58,288 nucleotides of DNA, taken from positions 1 through 58,288 of the forward strand of contig JBAZOJ010000002.1 of NCBI GenBank assembly GCA_041648755.1, in the 5' to 3' direction. Origin of the DNA: Candidatus Brocadiia bacterium (lineage in GTDB: Bacteria > Planctomycetota > B143-G9). The stretch's first letter is position 1, and each line of letters opens with the position of its first letter. The notes beneath the pieces were generated by a model, which was not told where the DNA came from, made no database searches, and saw only the letters and a program-made list of their open reading frames with translations. A program made the position numbers and the translations under genes. Positions 57,009 to 58,288 of the stretch are shown here, one piece after another.

Positions 57009-57052
57009 CACCGTCTAACCAGTTTCTGACAGACAAATGCCTCTCGCCCGTC

Positions 57053-57079
57053 TTGACATCTGCCTTTCCCTCCTATAAT
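57053..57079 (+). promoter_or_regulatory. Consensus promoter hexamers with a short spacer
   Basis: TTGACA-15 bp-TATAAT; RBS GGAGGG before ATG 57102. Confidence 0.75.
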
Positions 57080-57101
57080 TGCGGAGACACCCGGAGGGAA
57101 A

Positions 57102-57935
57102 ATGATCCCTGAAAACATTCTCGATAATGCCGCCTCGCTTCTCGAAAACGGCGATCGGGCTGCCGCTCGCGACGCACTTACCGAAGGTCTTCTTCAGTTT
57201 CCCGAAGAACCGCGGATTCTCAACAACCTCGCTGTCCTTTGTCTTGAAGAAGACAGCATGGATGAGGCCGCATCCCTCCTGAGCAGAGCTCACAATATCG
57301 CCCCGGACGACCACAGCATAGCCTGTAACTACGGCTATGCCTTGCTTTCCCTTGGCGATACCGCGGAAGCTCGCAACGTCTTTGAGTCGGTGCTCAAACG
57401 CAAGCCGGATTCAATCGAAGCGCTGAATCACCTTGCTTTGGTTGACACCATCGAGGGCAGATACGCGGAAGCTGTTGAGCTGTTCGAGAAATCGCTTGCC
57501 CTTGCACCTACAGATGTCCGGCTCCTGAACAACTATGGGGCAACCCTGCGCAAGACCGGCAGGTTCGCACAGGCCCTGAAAGTGCTGGAAAAGGCCAGAA
57601 GGCTCGCACCTAACGATGTCGAAGTCTTGAGCAATCTTGGTGCCACGCTGATCAGGCTGCACAGGTTCGAAGACGCGGAGGAACACCTCAACAGGGCTCG
57701 GGAAATTGACCCTGAGGATGCTTTGCTGTATTATCATCTTGGATGCAGGTTCAGAGAAGAATGGGTCGAAGCTCGGGCGGAGAAACCGGCGAACCGCGGG
57801 CACCTGAGCGATCTGATGCTCCGAGCGGAGGAAAACTTCCGGAAGTACCTGGAAGTATCCCGTGACAGCCTCTATGCGGACTACGTCAACGCCTGGCTCG
57901 ATGAGTTGGAGAACGCGCGAAAAGCGATGGTCTAA
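57102..57935 (+). CDS. Tetratricopeptide repeat protein
   Basis: About 6 TPRs: ILNNLA, IACNYG, ALNHLA, LLNNYG, VLSNLG, LYYHLG. Confidence 0.92.
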   Translation: MIPENILDNAASLLENGDRAAARDALTEGLLQFPEEPRILNNLAVLCLEEDSMDEAASLLSRAHNIAPDDHSIACNYGYALLSLGDTAEARNVFESVLKRKPDSIEALNHLALVDTIEGRYAEAVELFEKSLALAPTDVRLLNNYGATLRKTGRFAQALKVLEKARRLAPNDVEVLSNLGATLIRLHRFEDAEEHLNRAREIDPEDALLYYHLGCRFREEWVEARAEKPANRGHLSDLMLRAEENFRKYLEVSRDSLYADYVNAWLDELENARKAMV

Positions 57936-58288
57936 GCACTCGGCTGTTTGCGCTCCAGCGTGGAGAGGATTCTGTTTAAGTCTTCTACGCTGAAGTATTC
58001 GATTACAATGCGGCCTTTGCTCTTTGAATTCTTTATTATGACTCTTGTTCCGAAGAACTTGCGGAGATAGTCCTCCACCTCGGCAATGGCGGGATCGGGG
58101 GGAGCCTGGCTTCGTGTACGAGGCTGCTTTCCTTCTTCTGAAGCGGCTGGCTTCTCGGCGGCGAGCTTCTCAACGTCCCGGACGTTCAGGTCATTCTCGA
58201 TAACCTGCATGCACAGTTCCACCTGCCGTTCCGGAGAATCGGCGGCGAGAATAGCCTTGGCATGTCCGAATGAAATTCGGTTCGAGCG
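57932..58288 (-). CDS. parB: ParB/Spo0J chromosome partitioning protein, 3' part only (truncated by window end)
   Basis: Frame stays open to the window end: ISFGHAKAIL...DLNVRDVEKL...LRKFFGTRVII..KGRIVIEYFSVEDLNRIL. Confidence 0.92.
   Translation of the reverse strand, partial: RSNRISFGHAKAILAADSPERQVELCMQVIENDLNVRDVEKLAAEKPAASEEGKQPRTRSQAPPDPAIAEVEDYLRKFFGTRVIIKNSKSKGRIVIEYFSVEDLNRILSTLERKQPSA

Noticed and set aside
56464-58288. parS site near parB
   Set aside because: No match to the TGTTTCACGTGAAACA-type palindrome was found by eye.

Overview
A 58.3-kb, GC-rich bacterial chromosome segment from a diderm. The gene style (BatA/VWA proteins, CxCG...CxxCG zinc ribbons, a stand-alone MshEN-like protein) suggests Planctomycetota/PVC, but that is inference. 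No CRISPR array, rRNA, transposase, integrase or reverse transcriptase was recognised. In order: (1) 1-14.1 kb: three tandem paralogous ~1460-aa secreted surface proteins, each with its own promoter and terminator. They have two Tyr/Ser/Gly/Trp-rich hypervariable N-terminal domains, a conserved repeat stalk, a beta-propeller and a C-terminal CFI-box-CTERM-like tail. (2) MshEN-like protein, lptC, an enlarged lptA-like gene, a hypothetical, comEC, asnS, aspS. (3) A ~300-nt highly structured, unassigned RNA leader ahead of two tandem outer-membrane beta-barrels. (4) A membrane protein plus two paralogous secreted proteins, then an FtsB-like gene. (5) A minus-strand run tyrS-atpHAGDC (F1 only), a degenerate CcsB/CcsA-like pair and a VWA protein. 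(6) tRNA-Leu(CAG), epimerase, dipeptidase, hypothetical, BatA/VWA protein, secreted cyclophilin. (7) A three-gene operon of zinc-ribbon/TM/HtrA-PDZ paralogs, one with an intact catalytic triad and two pseudoproteases. (8) Enoyl-CoA hydratase, WD40 protein, ICMT-family methyltransferase, small hypothetical, TPR protein and the 3' end of parB. Best candidates for undescribed biology: the 1-active + 2-inactive HtrA operon (possible heterotrimer), the antibody-like variable surface-protein array, the structured RNA leader and the heme-residue-depleted CcsBA-like pair. All family assignments were made by eye from motifs; no database searches were run.
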